64,000 nucleotides of DNA from a candidate division TM6 bacterium GW2011_GWF2_32_72. GTDB lineage: Bacteria; Babelota; Babeliae; Babelales; CAIQNR01. The stretch spans positions 6,888 through 70,887 of the forward strand of contig CAMCVM010000001.1 of assembly GCA_945882015.1 (NCBI GenBank), read 5' to 3'. Below are positions 8,328 to 18,471 of the stretch, in pieces. Position numbers and translations under genes: made by a program. Under the pieces are notes generated by a model. The model was not told where the DNA came from and did not search any database. It saw only the letters and a list, made by a program, of their open reading frames with translations. How positions within the stretch are numbered: the first letter of the stretch is position 1; each line of letters opens with the position of its first letter.

Positions 8328-11300
8328 TTATCCAATGTATTGTTGGCCTTGAATAAACTGCTTATCATTCAGTTGGCTGATTATATTATTAATATCAGTT
8401 TGAGCAGTTTGATAATCAACTCCTGCTAAATAGGCTTGCCAATAAAAATTACGCGCTAAGTAATGCAAATTAGTAATCCAACTGCATGCAATAGAAAACC
8501 ATTGCGCCTGCAGTAAACCAGTTTTTGCAGCAAGCGCTGCATCAATCCATTTTAAACATTGATTACAAATATCTGGGCCAAAGGTTGTTTGACTTGCCCA
8601 ATATTGTAATGTCTGAGGATACAGTTGCTGAGCATTTGCAAAACTCAGTGAATGCCATTGAACAAAGCTTGTATTAATGAAATTTTGTATTTCATAAAAT
8701 CTTGATACTGCTCCACTTTCTGATGCTTGCACAGAAATAACAGGCAATTTTTGACTGGCTGAAGCAGTTGTTCCAAATGCTGGAGCTTTAGAAAAAATCT
8801 GAGCAATATATTGAGTTGGAATAATATCAGAAACTGACACGTCCGATGATTGGGAAGTAGTGGCAGGAAGCACCGCATTTGCAATAGCAATAGTTTGCGC
8901 ATAATAATAGACTGCATTTAAAAGATCATTTTTCATGATCGTATAAGCTTTACCCAATGTATCAGATTGCAAACTGGTTGTTCCACCTGCCATAAAATCT
9001 GCCACTCCTACTTGCTGCGAGCCAATTTGACCACTTTTTGTAAGCGTTTGAAATGATGGTTGTTGGATTGAAGCAACACCTTGAAACACTGTTGAAGTTG
9101 CGTCTTGAGGTAAAAGTGAGAAAGTAACCCCTGTTGTAGATGAATTATAAATGGTATTACCAAACTGATCTTTTTGCAAAAATAGTTGTGGATAATTTCC
9201 AATAGCAGGATACAAATACGCTGGATGGTTAGCGTCAATACCTATTTGTGCTACATTTTCCACTTTCCATATTTTTTCTGGAGCATATGTTTTAGTTGTG
9301 TCTTTTGCTAAAACACCACTTACTTTTTCTATGTAAGTTGCTTTTTGCCCATCTGGTGTAAGATCGCATAATAACTGTTGATAAGCATTATATCCAAATC
9401 GAGCTAAGTAATAAGAACCAAGTTGTGTTAATACTTTTAAAATTTTGGCTCGTATGACCATTAATTTTGCTTGAACATCTGGAAATGACTGCCCAGCATT
9501 TGCATCTAATTGTAAAAAATTAACTAATTGTTGTTCTGCGATTAAATAAAACTTCCATGCTTCCTTAAAATTGAATAATGCATCAAAACCTGGTACTGGC
9601 TTTGGATATACTGTATTACTTGAAGGATAAAAAGTTGTTTCAGGATCTATTTTTTGTGTTATACACAGATCCCCTGCTGCTTCTAATGATTGTATAGCCG
9701 TTATTATTGCAGGACTGGTTAAATTATAATTTTGCGATAACGAACTTGTGTAATACGCAACTTTATTAGCATAGTTACAAGAAAGTTGTGCCATTGCTTT
9801 ATACGAGCTGGTTGCAGGATCTCCAACAAAAAATAAACTATTAATCTGAATCTGTTGCGAATAACCTTGTGCATATAATTTATATATTTGCCCTCGAGCT
9901 GAGTCCGCTCCATAAGCGGTTATAAAATCTAATAAAGATCCATATACTCCAAAAAGATCTATAAATAAACTTTGAAATTTTTGATAAAGATCACTGTAAT
10001 TACCAAATGAATCTTTAAATCTTTGATCTTGTTTAAGAGCTACTAATTTTTTATATTGGTCAGTTGCTTGTAACTGTTTTATTTTTGACCATATCAAAAG
10101 AGCTTGTGCTAAGTAAGTATTAAGCATTGCTGATTGGGCTACTGCTTGTTGCGTTGCATCATGCAAAGGAAACAGAATTTTATTTTCATAACTTAATGGA
10201 TCAGACCCTTTTGCATAAAGCGGATAAAGATTAGAATACAAAGTATAAGCAGTATTAAGCTCATTAGAAAAACGAGGCAATGGAGGTACTGGAATATTAT
10301 TCATAATTAACACCCAATCAGAATCATCATTATCAGAACTACTTAAAACAGTGCTCCTATCAATCTGAACTATTTTAACACTCATTTTTGCAAAAATACG
10401 CTTTCCATTAATGACTATTCCTGTCGTTAAAGCTTTAGTCAATTGATTTTTATAATCTGTAATATACTCTTCAAGACGAGGGTCTTGTGGCGCTTGTCGC
10501 TGTAAATGTTCTCGATACAATGGAACAGCAAAAAGATCTACAACTTTTAACATCCACGCAGCAGAGGTATTACCTATTTTGTTTTGTTCTGTGATTGATG
10601 AATTAACCAACTCTGTATAATCTTTAAATAGTGTTGGGATCATTTTTACAGGAATTCTTTGTTCATTATATCGTGATAAATATACTGGAGTATCAGGAAG
10701 ATACGTAGCTAAAACTGTATCTAATGATTGTTGATTAGTAACTGTTAACAATTGATTGACATCTGACTTTAAAGAAACCCCATCAACAGAAAAATTATAA
10801 ACTGGAATGAGTGAACTGTAAGCCTGAAAAGCGACTGTATCTGTAACTGCTAGTTTTGCTGCAATAAAATCTTTTTGATTTCCTACTTTTGAATAATAAC
10901 TTGCTGCAAGTTCATACCTATTAATAATGTCTTCAAAAATCTGTGAATCAAAAACTACTGAAAAATTAGTACTACTAAAATTCTTTTTTTCTTGAAGCAG
11001 TAATGCGTCTGCAGTCTTTTTATAAAAATCTCCAAATAATTGCTCAATATTTTCTGACAATTCTTTCCATTGTAAATCTTGTGCATTTATATTTAATATA
11101 TATCGATATAATGCACATTGCGTTTGCGCTTGCTTAAGGATCTGATTAATACTGAGTAACTTTTTAAATGCTGCTACTTTTGCTTGATAATCAGTTTGAG
11201 TCATTACTACTTTTGGATCAAAAAGAGTAGTTTTTAAAATTTGGTCTCGTAACGTATACAAATTATTTAAAAAATATTGTGCTTGGGGTAAAAAACATGC

Positions 11301-14237
11301 TGCGTCAGTAAATCCTCCATTTCTTATTTTTATTACATAACCCCTATAAATACCTAATGCTTTTACTATATCTGAACAAAAAATATCATTTTGATGATTA
11401 TTAATGTAATACAAAAATCCTTTTGTGCTTAATTTTACAAGATCTGAATTAGGTGCGCATTTGTCATATGCATCGGTAATAAAAATTAAAGACGCATGAT
11501 CAGGCCTAATATTTCCAAATGCAAAACCTGTAAAAAAATAAGAAAATGCTTGCTCTGAAATATCTAAAAATTTTTCAGGGATATCAGCATCATTTAATGA
11601 TGCTACTAAAGTTTTTCCTTTGTCATATATTTCTTGACCAATTCCCTTTCTCGCTTTGTTTATTGCATCTATTATTTTAGAAAGACCATCTGCCTGGGGA
11701 TTAAAGCCACCTTGCCGATATAATGATCGAGCAAAAGCATATAAAACTGCTGAATCAGAAAGCGTTTGGCTTGATTGCAAATCTTTACCTGTTTCTAACT
11801 TTTGAGCAAGCGTCACATATAAACGAGCTTGATGCAAATAAAAAAATTGACTATAGGTTAAAGCTTTATTTTCAGTTTCAAACAAAGTGTTAATTTGTGT
11901 ATAATTTTGTAAATTTTGCGCATATTGCTTAAAAAGAAGATCAATATTTTCAAAATATTGTTGAGCATCAAGATATTTTTGATTAGCAAATAAAGCCCAT
12001 TTTACGAGGTTTTTTGTGTCTATAATTGAACTAACATAATTATCTGCGCCAAGACATTGATAATTGTTATCATTTACTGTCGAACATGCTGCAATAATAG
12101 TTCCAATATCGCCTGAAACAGAACAGACTGGATTACCTTTTTCATCTTTCGCGCAATGATAAATACCTGCAAGCGCTTTTTCTAAATTTTGTAAAACCTG
12201 TAATGCTGCTTGTAATTCTGCAATACTTTTTTGCACCTCTGGATTAGTCTGGTCCAAACCAAAATAAAAAGAGAGTTCCTGCTCATAATCAGCAATAGCA
12301 GGTGCAAGCACTGTATCTAAATAGTCAAATATATTATCAAGAATCTGCTGTAACTGGTCCACAGTAAAGCCGCTTGGTGTGGTATTAATGTCTCCCAAAA
12401 CAGGAACTTGTAATGTAAAATTAATATAAGCTGTAATCCATGGTTTATAATAATTTACATATCCCTGAGTAGCTGATTGATACGCTTTAATAGCAGCTTG
12501 TGACCCTATTTTTTTTACATAAAGCACCAAATCTGGTTTATGCAATAACTCAAAAATGGCTGCTATCTTATTAAATGCATTTTTTGCATCTAATAAATAA
12601 GAACTTTGCGTCTTTTCGGCTGCTCCTTTTATAGTAAACTGTACCGCATTCAATGATGCTTGATACGCATCTGAAGCTTCTTTAAATAATGTAAGTATTG
12701 CCAAAATATAATTTTGATAATCAGTGTAAGATTTTAATAATAATGGCTGGTTTGCTTTTTGATAATAAGCAATAACTTGACCATACCAATTACTTGCTAA
12801 AGCTAAGCTCTTAAAAATCAAAGCATCAGTACTCATTGCTGTATTTTTATTATTTAATGCAGTACTAAAATTTTGTAATAATGTTTGCTGAACTGCTTGC
12901 GCAGTAAGGTTATTTGTAGTAACAAGGGCTGAACTAACAGTAAGAGGTGCAAGCGTACTTTTTATAAGATTTTTTCCATCAAAGGCAAAACTGGTGAACA
13001 ATGCTTGTAAATCTGCTGTAAGCATTAAAAAGTCTTTTTGTAATGCTTGAAGCCCAGGACTTTGGACTATTGCCGCTGTTGCAAATGGTGATTTGACAGC
13101 CGCTGCAGTTGAACTTACTACAGACATTGATGCAGGCGCTGTCGGTTTTACATATTGACTATAACCAGGGCTTACCTGCTTTACTGGTTCTTTTAGGGTG
13201 TTACCCTGACATGCTTGAACAGCTTTTTCAAGCTCTAATTGTGCCAAAAATGCATTCATTGTTCCTAGTTGTAATGCAATATAATTCTTTATTGCACTTT
13301 TAAAAGCAGTCACATCGGTAAAAATAATTGCAGCTTTGTCAGCAACCACTTGCGTGCTTTGTGGCGTCTTAAAGACATAATGCCCCAAAGTATAATCTTG
13401 ATTACCGGTCAAAAACTTATCAAGCGCATCATAAAAAATTTTTTCATAGACTTGCAATGCAGTTATATTAACTACCTTTTCAAAACTATATTTTTTAAGA
13501 GTTATTGCAGTTGGATTATAGGTGTTTGAAAGTGTTGTAACTAAAGTAAAAAACCAGCTGACAAGGGCACTATTTCTTGCATCTTGATATTGTGCAAAAA
13601 GCGCCTTTAATTCAGTTTGCTTGCCTTCCATCCACTGTTGCATGGCAGCAGCATTAGTACTATTTTTTTTGCTAATTGTTTGAGCTGTAGTAAATGCTTG
13701 ATTAACCACTTGCTCAATCTTATCCCATGATTGATCAAGTTGCGTAAGTTCACCGTTTTGTCCTTGTTCTGAATTAAAAGGAATAAAATTCTGGGCTACA
13801 TCCGATGCATAAAAATTTTCGTTCAGTTGTTTAAATTTACCTTGAACATATTGAATCAAAAAAGATTTATATTTTTGTAAGAGCATCATAGGGTAGCTGG
13901 TGTCTTCAAATGCCATTAAAAAATAAGAACCTGAACCATTTTGCAAAGCACTGTCTATAGTTGCTGGAACAGTAGCTGAAAGTACTTGCGTATTTTTATC
14001 ATCAGAAAACTGATCATAGAATCCGTACATTTGCAATAAAAGACGATAATAACTCTTCTGATTCAAGTCAGGATTATATAAATTTGCATAAAAAGCACCA
14101 AATCTATCTTGTAAAACTTGAGCATTATTCTGAAAATCTTGGGCCGGCACTGATGCTTGTACTGAGAGCGTTATAAACCCAGCAATAATAAATAAATAGC
14201 TACACCACGAAATATGATCGATTAATCTTTTTTTCAT
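8328..14237 (-). CDS. giant hypothetical exported protein (about 1970 aa)
   Basis: Uninterrupted ORF; start set at MKKRL behind GAGGTG; signal peptide ending SVQA; Q/A/Y-rich helical sequence; no recognisable catalytic motif. Confidence 0.85.
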   Translation of the reverse strand: MKKRLIDHISWCSYLFIIAGFITLSVQASVPAQDFQNNAQVLQDRFGAFYANLYNPDLNQKSYYRLLLQMYGFYDQFSDDKNTQVLSATVPATIDSALQNGSGSYFLMAFEDTSYPMMLLQKYKSFLIQYVQGKFKQLNENFYASDVAQNFIPFNSEQGQNGELTQLDQSWDKIEQVVNQAFTTAQTISKKNSTNAAAMQQWMEGKQTELKALFAQYQDARNSALVSWFFTLVTTLSNTYNPTAITLKKYSFEKVVNITALQVYEKIFYDALDKFLTGNQDYTLGHYVFKTPQSTQVVADKAAIIFTDVTAFKSAIKNYIALQLGTMNAFLAQLELEKAVQACQGNTLKEPVKQVSPGYSQYVKPTAPASMSVVSSTAAAVKSPFATAAIVQSPGLQALQKDFLMLTADLQALFTSFAFDGKNLIKSTLAPLTVSSALVTTNNLTAQAVQQTLLQNFSTALNNKNTAMSTDALIFKSLALASNWYGQVIAYYQKANQPLLLKSYTDYQNYILAILTLFKEASDAYQASLNAVQFTIKGAAEKTQSSYLLDAKNAFNKIAAIFELLHKPDLVLYVKKIGSQAAIKAYQSATQGYVNYYKPWITAYINFTLQVPVLGDINTTPSGFTVDQLQQILDNIFDYLDTVLAPAIADYEQELSFYFGLDQTNPEVQKSIAELQAALQVLQNLEKALAGIYHCAKDEKGNPVCSVSGDIGTIIAACSTVNDNNYQCLGADNYVSSIIDTKNLVKWALFANQKYLDAQQYFENIDLLFKQYAQNLQNYTQINTLFETENKALTYSQFFYLHQARLYVTLAQKLETGKDLQSSQTLSDSAVLYAFARSLYRQGGFNPQADGLSKIIDAINKARKGIGQEIYDKGKTLVASLNDADIPEKFLDISEQAFSYFFTGFAFGNIRPDHASLIFITDAYDKCAPNSDLVKLSTKGFLYYINNHQNDIFCSDIVKALGIYRGYVIKIRNGGFTDAACFLPQAQYFLNNLYTLRDQILKTTLFDPKVVMTQTDYQAKVAAFKKLLSINQILKQAQTQCALYRYILNINAQDLQWKELSENIEQLFGDFYKKTADALLLQEKKNFSSTNFSVVFDSQIFEDIINRYELAASYYSKVGNQKDFIAAKLAVTDTVAFQAYSSLIPVYNFSVDGVSLKSDVNQLLTVTNQQSLDTVLATYLPDTPVYLSRYNEQRIPVKMIPTLFKDYTELVNSSITEQNKIGNTSAAWMLKVVDLFAVPLYREHLQRQAPQDPRLEEYITDYKNQLTKALTTGIVINGKRIFAKMSVKIVQIDRSTVLSSSDNDDSDWVLIMNNIPVPPLPRFSNELNTAYTLYSNLYPLYAKGSDPLSYENKILFPLHDATQQAVAQSAMLNTYLAQALLIWSKIKQLQATDQYKKLVALKQDQRFKDSFGNYSDLYQKFQSLFIDLFGVYGSLLDFITAYGADSARGQIYKLYAQGYSQQIQINSLFFVGDPATSSYKAMAQLSCNYANKVAYYTSSLSQNYNLTSPAIITAIQSLEAAGDLCITQKIDPETTFYPSSNTVYPKPVPGFDALFNFKEAWKFYLIAEQQLVNFLQLDANAGQSFPDVQAKLMVIRAKILKVLTQLGSYYLARFGYNAYQQLLCDLTPDGQKATYIEKVSGVLAKDTTKTYAPEKIWKVENVAQIGIDANHPAYLYPAIGNYPQLFLQKDQFGNTIYNSSTTGVTFSLLPQDATSTVFQGVASIQQPSFQTLTKSGQIGSQQVGVADFMAGGTTSLQSDTLGKAYTIMKNDLLNAVYYYAQTIAIANAVLPATTSQSSDVSVSDIIPTQYIAQIFSKAPAFGTTASASQKLPVISVQASESGAVSRFYEIQNFINTSFVQWHSLSFANAQQLYPQTLQYWASQTTFGPDICNQCLKWIDAALAAKTGLLQAQWFSIACSWITNLHYLARNFYWQAYLAGVDYQTAQTDINNIISQLNDKQFIQGQQYIG

Positions 14238-14306
14238 AACACACCTCAAAGAGAAAGTTTGTATCAATCAAAAAAGTTTAAATCAATTGGTTTCAAAAAA
14301 GGAAGT

Positions 14307-16040
14307 TTACAATCGCTTTTGTAATGTTTCAAGCTCAGCAAGAGTTGTTGCTTGGTAAGAATTTTTGTCATCTCGATACTTTAAAAAACGGGGAAACCTT
14401 AACGCAAGTCCCAATTTTTTCTCAGATTTGCCCGCGGTATGAATAGGAGAATACGTAATTTCATCGGCCAAAACTTCACAAACTTGTGAGGGAACGACCC
14501 AAACATTAGGTGCTAGATTTTTATCACACCACACATTATTTGGTTGCACAGGCACAGCAAGCGCATCACATCGCATTTTAAGTTCAACCCATTGTTCATC
14601 GGTTAAACCAGTACCAACTTTTGCAACCGTTTCATACATGTTATCGCGTGGATTATAAATTCCAACAAGAAAAGCTCCTATACCAAACTGAGCTCGCTTA
14701 CCTTGACCTGCATAATACCCTAAAACCACCACATCAAGTGAATCAAGTAACTTATCACTCGCCTGATATTTTAATTTTATCCAATGAGAACTTCTTTTTC
14801 CTGGTTGATAATGAGCGTCTGGTCTTTTTATTACAAGACCTTCAAGCCCTGCTGCGATTTCTTGAATAAAATAAGCTTCTAGTTGCGAAGCAGTAACTAC
14901 TTTTTTTTCATCAATCAATTGTAATGTTTCATTAGTGTTGGGTTGCAAAAGATTAATGAGTGCGCTTCTGCGATCTTCGTGCCCAGCTTCAAGTAAGCTT
15001 TTTCCATCAAGGTACAATAAATCAAAAAGATATAATTGCAAAGGTAATTCTGAAGCCATTTCCTCGATTCCATGTTTACGGCGACGTTTTACTGTTTCTT
15101 GAAATGAAGCAAACATTTTCGTATTAGGATCATATACCATTGCTTCGCCATCAGCGATAAAGCTCTTAACCGGCAATTGCATACATGCTTTGACAAACTC
15201 AGGAAACATTTCTGACATATCAGTTAAGTTACGAGAAAAAAATCTAATAATTGGCTGTTGACCTGTTTTATCCACATGCACTTGCAAACGAAACCCATCA
15301 AGTTTTGGTTGCGCAACACAAGGACCTAATTTTGCAATAATTGACTCTACATCGGGTAAACGTTCTGCCGCTGCAGGTCTAATAGGAACACCTACTTTTA
15401 TATTCATACTCTTAATTGCATCAATCCCATCTTGCTTTAAGGTGTGAGCAATCAAACCAATATCAGCACACACATTGTAAGCATCTTGTAATGCATCGCT
15501 CAATGATTTGTCACCAGCTTGCATCCATGAAAGTGCATCCAATAATGTCATATCTGAAAAACCAAGACGTAATGTTCCTAAAATAATACGAACCGTATAT
15601 TTTGCAGAAACTGAATCAAGCTGTGTAATCAATTGTTGAATTGCCTGACTTTTTTGTTCTTGCGAACCGACACCTGATAGTCTTTCAAGAGCGACTAATG
15701 CTTGATAAACCTCTGACAATGTCATACTGCTTTGGCAAGCTTTATAAAAATGGGCTATAACAGAACCTAAATCACCCAATCGAGTAAGTTCTTCTTGAAT
15801 AACAAGTTCAGATTGACCGGCAACTTGGGCTACCACTTTTGCCATATTTTTTTGTGCAATATTAAATTGTGTTCCAATATGTGGTGGATTAAGTTCACCT
15901 AAGCATAAATAACAAATTAATGCTGCTTCTTGTGCCGATGCTTGCTGTAAAAGCTGTGCTAATTCTTGGGTCATTACCGTTCTAGATGCTGTCAACTCAA
16001 GCGATTGAAGCACTTGTGCTACTGCTTTAAATTGCATCAT
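14307..16040 (-). CDS. lig: ATP-dependent DNA ligase, archaeal/eukaryotic three-domain type
   Basis: N-terminal DBD (LGDLG, ILGTLRLG); motifs KLDG, DGEA, FDLLYLDG, EGLVIK, WIKLK, LRFPRF. Confidence 0.96.
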   Translation of the reverse strand: MMQFKAVAQVLQSLELTASRTVMTQELAQLLQQASAQEAALICYLCLGELNPPHIGTQFNIAQKNMAKVVAQVAGQSELVIQEELTRLGDLGSVIAHFYKACQSSMTLSEVYQALVALERLSGVGSQEQKSQAIQQLITQLDSVSAKYTVRIILGTLRLGFSDMTLLDALSWMQAGDKSLSDALQDAYNVCADIGLIAHTLKQDGIDAIKSMNIKVGVPIRPAAAERLPDVESIIAKLGPCVAQPKLDGFRLQVHVDKTGQQPIIRFFSRNLTDMSEMFPEFVKACMQLPVKSFIADGEAMVYDPNTKMFASFQETVKRRRKHGIEEMASELPLQLYLFDLLYLDGKSLLEAGHEDRRSALINLLQPNTNETLQLIDEKKVVTASQLEAYFIQEIAAGLEGLVIKRPDAHYQPGKRSSHWIKLKYQASDKLLDSLDVVVLGYYAGQGKRAQFGIGAFLVGIYNPRDNMYETVAKVGTGLTDEQWVELKMRCDALAVPVQPNNVWCDKNLAPNVWVVPSQVCEVLADEITYSPIHTAGKSEKKLGLALRFPRFLKYRDDKNSYQATTLAELETLQKRL

Positions 16041-16059
16041 AATTATTCTTTCAGATACT

Positions 16060-16626
16060 TTAATAAGTTTTTAATTTTTTTTGTTCTTTAATAAAAGCAA
16101 AACTATACAACGCAGCAGAAACAAAAGAAAGCGCAATCATACTTAGCAAAAGCGTGTACTCAAGAAATAAAGCTGCCATACTGCCTATTGCCCATGGTTT
16201 AAATACCATAAATACAATGTAACAATATTGAACCGTTACTTTCAACTTACCCAATGGTAAAACATGAATAACAAAATTTTGTTGTGATGCTGCTGAGCGC
16301 AATCCAGTTACAATAAATTCTCGTGCTATTAACAAGAAAGCTAGATAAAAGTGCATTAAATTTAAATGTACAAAAACAATAAAAACACTCAGAACAAAAC
16401 ATTTGTCGGCAAGCGGATCAAGCACTTGGCCCAAGATACTGACCTGATTATATTTACGAGCGTAATAGCCATCTAAAAAATCGGTTAATCCAAAAAAGGC
16501 AAGTATTAAAGCCAGAATCTTGCTCAAGAATAGATTTGAAAGCGGCATTACAAAAGCAATAAAAAAGGGAAGAAGTGTTAAAGAACCAACAAAACGAAAC
16601 ACTGTGAGAAAGATAGGTAGATTCAT
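16060..16626 (-). CDS. pgsA: CDP-diacylglycerol--glycerol-3-phosphate 3-phosphatidyltransferase
   Basis: TDFLDGYYAR...GQVLDPLADK CDP-alcohol phosphotransferase motif; REFIVTGLR. Confidence 0.93.
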   Translation of the reverse strand: MNLPIFLTVFRFVGSLTLLPFFIAFVMPLSNLFLSKILALILAFFGLTDFLDGYYARKYNQVSILGQVLDPLADKCFVLSVFIVFVHLNLMHFYLAFLLIAREFIVTGLRSAASQQNFVIHVLPLGKLKVTVQYCYIVFMVFKPWAIGSMAALFLEYTLLLSMIALSFVSAALYSFAFIKEQKKLKTY

Positions 16627-16641
16627 GTGTTACCTAAAAAA

Positions 16642-16715
16642 TGGCGACGCAGGGATTCGAACCCCGGACCTTCGGATTATGATTCCGCTGCTCTAACCGA
16701 CTGAGCTACGTCGCC
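16642..16715 (-). tRNA. tRNA-Met (CAT), elongator; CCA not encoded
   Basis: GGCGACGTAGCTCAGTCGGTTAGAGCAGCGGAATCATAATCCGAAGGTCCGGGGTTCGAATCCCTGCGTCGCCA cloverleaf; G1-C72 paired, lacks initiator GGG/CCC anticodon stem. Confidence 0.93.
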
Positions 16716-16732
16716 AAAACACTTTACGTATT

Positions 16733-18283
16733 TTATATGCTAATTCTTTCAAATTTTAGACCATCTAAAATGAAAGTAAATAAAGATTTCAAAACAAATA
16801 ACCCTGATATCAATGTTGCAAGGACACCTAACATCATTGTAATTGCAAATCCTTGCACTGGACCAGTACCAAATTTGTAAAGGACAAGCCCAACAATGAA
16901 TGTTGTAATGTTACCATCTAAGATAACAACCATTGCATCGGAAAATCCGATATCAACTGCCCGCTTAAACGTGACACCTTCAGTAAGGGTTTCTTTTATT
17001 TTTTCATAGATCAATACTGAACAATCAATAGCCATTCCAACAGTCAAAACCATACCGGCAATACCTGGCATAGTCAACGTTGCATCAAGCCATGACATTG
17101 CTACAATAATTAACAGTAGATTATAGATCAACACAAGAAAAGCAAGAAATCCTGCAGCTTTATAATAAAATAAGCTAAAAATAAGCAAGAATCCCATACC
17201 AATTAAGCAAGACATAAACCCTTGTCTAATCGATTCAGCACCCAAAGAAGGCCCGATTCTTCGTTCTTCTTCAAAGGTAACTGGCGCTAAAAACGCTCCT
17301 GATCTGAGCATTGTTGCAAGATTTTTTGCTGATTCATCAGTAAAGCTTCCATGGATATAACCAGAACCGCCAGTAATTGGTTCATTAACTGAGGGTGCAG
17401 AAATCACTTTATCATCAACGATCATAGCAACTTGTCTGCCACGTGCTTTTTTGGTTAAATCACCAAACTTTTGTGCGCCTTCAGTATTAAATTCAAAGTT
17501 AACAATTGCTTGCATTTGAGGACCTTTACCAAATGAAGCATTCTTTAGATCGCGACCAGTCAGATCTGTGTAATCTGGAACTAAATAATACGTAGTTCTG
17601 CCTTCACGTTCTTCTGTTACAATCATCATACCATCAGGCAAAACACCATCAAAACGTTCAAGTAAATCTTCTTCATGAGCTGCAGAACCTTCTACTTCTT
17701 TAATTTCAAGATTAGAAGTTTTGCCAATCATTTCTTTTGCTTGAGCAGGATTGTCAACACTTGGAAGTTCAATAATAATATGGTTTTCACCTTGACGAGA
17801 AACAGGAATTTCTGCAACGCCAAGCTCATTTAAACGTTTACGTAAAACATCAACGTTTCCTTCAACCGCGTTTTCTTTAATGAATTGAGCAACATGATCT
17901 GGAAGTACCAAACGAACAGTCTCTCCTTCATGATGAACGTTCATATTTAAATTACTTCTGACACGAAACGCTTGAAAAGCTTTATTAGCATCTTCAACAG
18001 TTTTAAAAGTTAAAAGAATTGCGTGCCCTTCAACTTTATGATTGACTGGCTCTACAATAGAATTGTCTTGTAAAATATCAACAAGACCCCTCATTCTATG
18101 CATTAATTCAGCTCGCACAGCTTCATCTACATTAACTTTAAGTGTTATATAAAATCCACCAACAAGATCAATTCCTCTTCGCGGATGGTCTTTTAAAGGC
18201 CATACAAAATAGATACTTACTGCCGCTAAAAGAATCCAGAAAGAAAAACTTACATATGATCCACGACGCGCCATACTGAACAT
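16733..18283 (-). CDS. secD: protein translocase subunit SecD
   Basis: GIDLVGG, RLNELGVAE, LRSGAF, IGPSLG, LTMPGIAGMVLTVGMAID, GTGPVQGFA; start reassigned to 18283 (GGGAG RBS) because the longer ORF overlaps tRNA-Leu. Confidence 0.96.
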   Translation of the reverse strand: MFSMARRGSYVSFSFWILLAAVSIYFVWPLKDHPRRGIDLVGGFYITLKVNVDEAVRAELMHRMRGLVDILQDNSIVEPVNHKVEGHAILLTFKTVEDANKAFQAFRVRSNLNMNVHHEGETVRLVLPDHVAQFIKENAVEGNVDVLRKRLNELGVAEIPVSRQGENHIIIELPSVDNPAQAKEMIGKTSNLEIKEVEGSAAHEEDLLERFDGVLPDGMMIVTEEREGRTTYYLVPDYTDLTGRDLKNASFGKGPQMQAIVNFEFNTEGAQKFGDLTKKARGRQVAMIVDDKVISAPSVNEPITGGSGYIHGSFTDESAKNLATMLRSGAFLAPVTFEEERRIGPSLGAESIRQGFMSCLIGMGFLLIFSLFYYKAAGFLAFLVLIYNLLLIIVAMSWLDATLTMPGIAGMVLTVGMAIDCSVLIYEKIKETLTEGVTFKRAVDIGFSDAMVVILDGNITTFIVGLVLYKFGTGPVQGFAITMMLGVLATLISGLFVLKSLFTFILDGLKFERISI

Positions 18284-18306
18284 ACAATTCTCCCACCAAT
18301 AATTAA

Positions 18307-18390
18307 TGCCGAAGAAGGGACTTGAACCCCCACGGGATTTCTCCCACAGCCACCTCAAGGCTGCGTGTCTGCCAGTTTCACCACTTCGGC
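18307..18390 (-). tRNA. tRNA-Leu (GAG); CCA not encoded
   Basis: GCCGAAGTGGTGAAACTGGCAGACACGCAGCCTTGAGGTGGCTGTGGGAGAAATCCCGTGGGGGTTCAAGTCCCTTCTTCGGCA; long variable arm. Confidence 0.95.
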
Positions 18391-18471
18391 ACCATTAATT
18401 TTAATGATTGCTTCAACACAGAATATTACCAGAAAGTTACACGCTTATCAAACTGAAAATCGTGTAAAAAC

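Noticed and set aside
18284-18358. N-terminal extension of the secD ORF (MRWLWEKSRGG...)
   Set aside because: It reads through the tRNA-Leu gene; a good RBS supports the start at 18283
18308-18394. Plus-strand sequence ending ...CTTCGGCACCA looks like a CCA-ended tRNA
   Set aside because: D-loop, T-loop and anticodon consensus fit only the minus strand; the plus-strand ACCA is upstream flank
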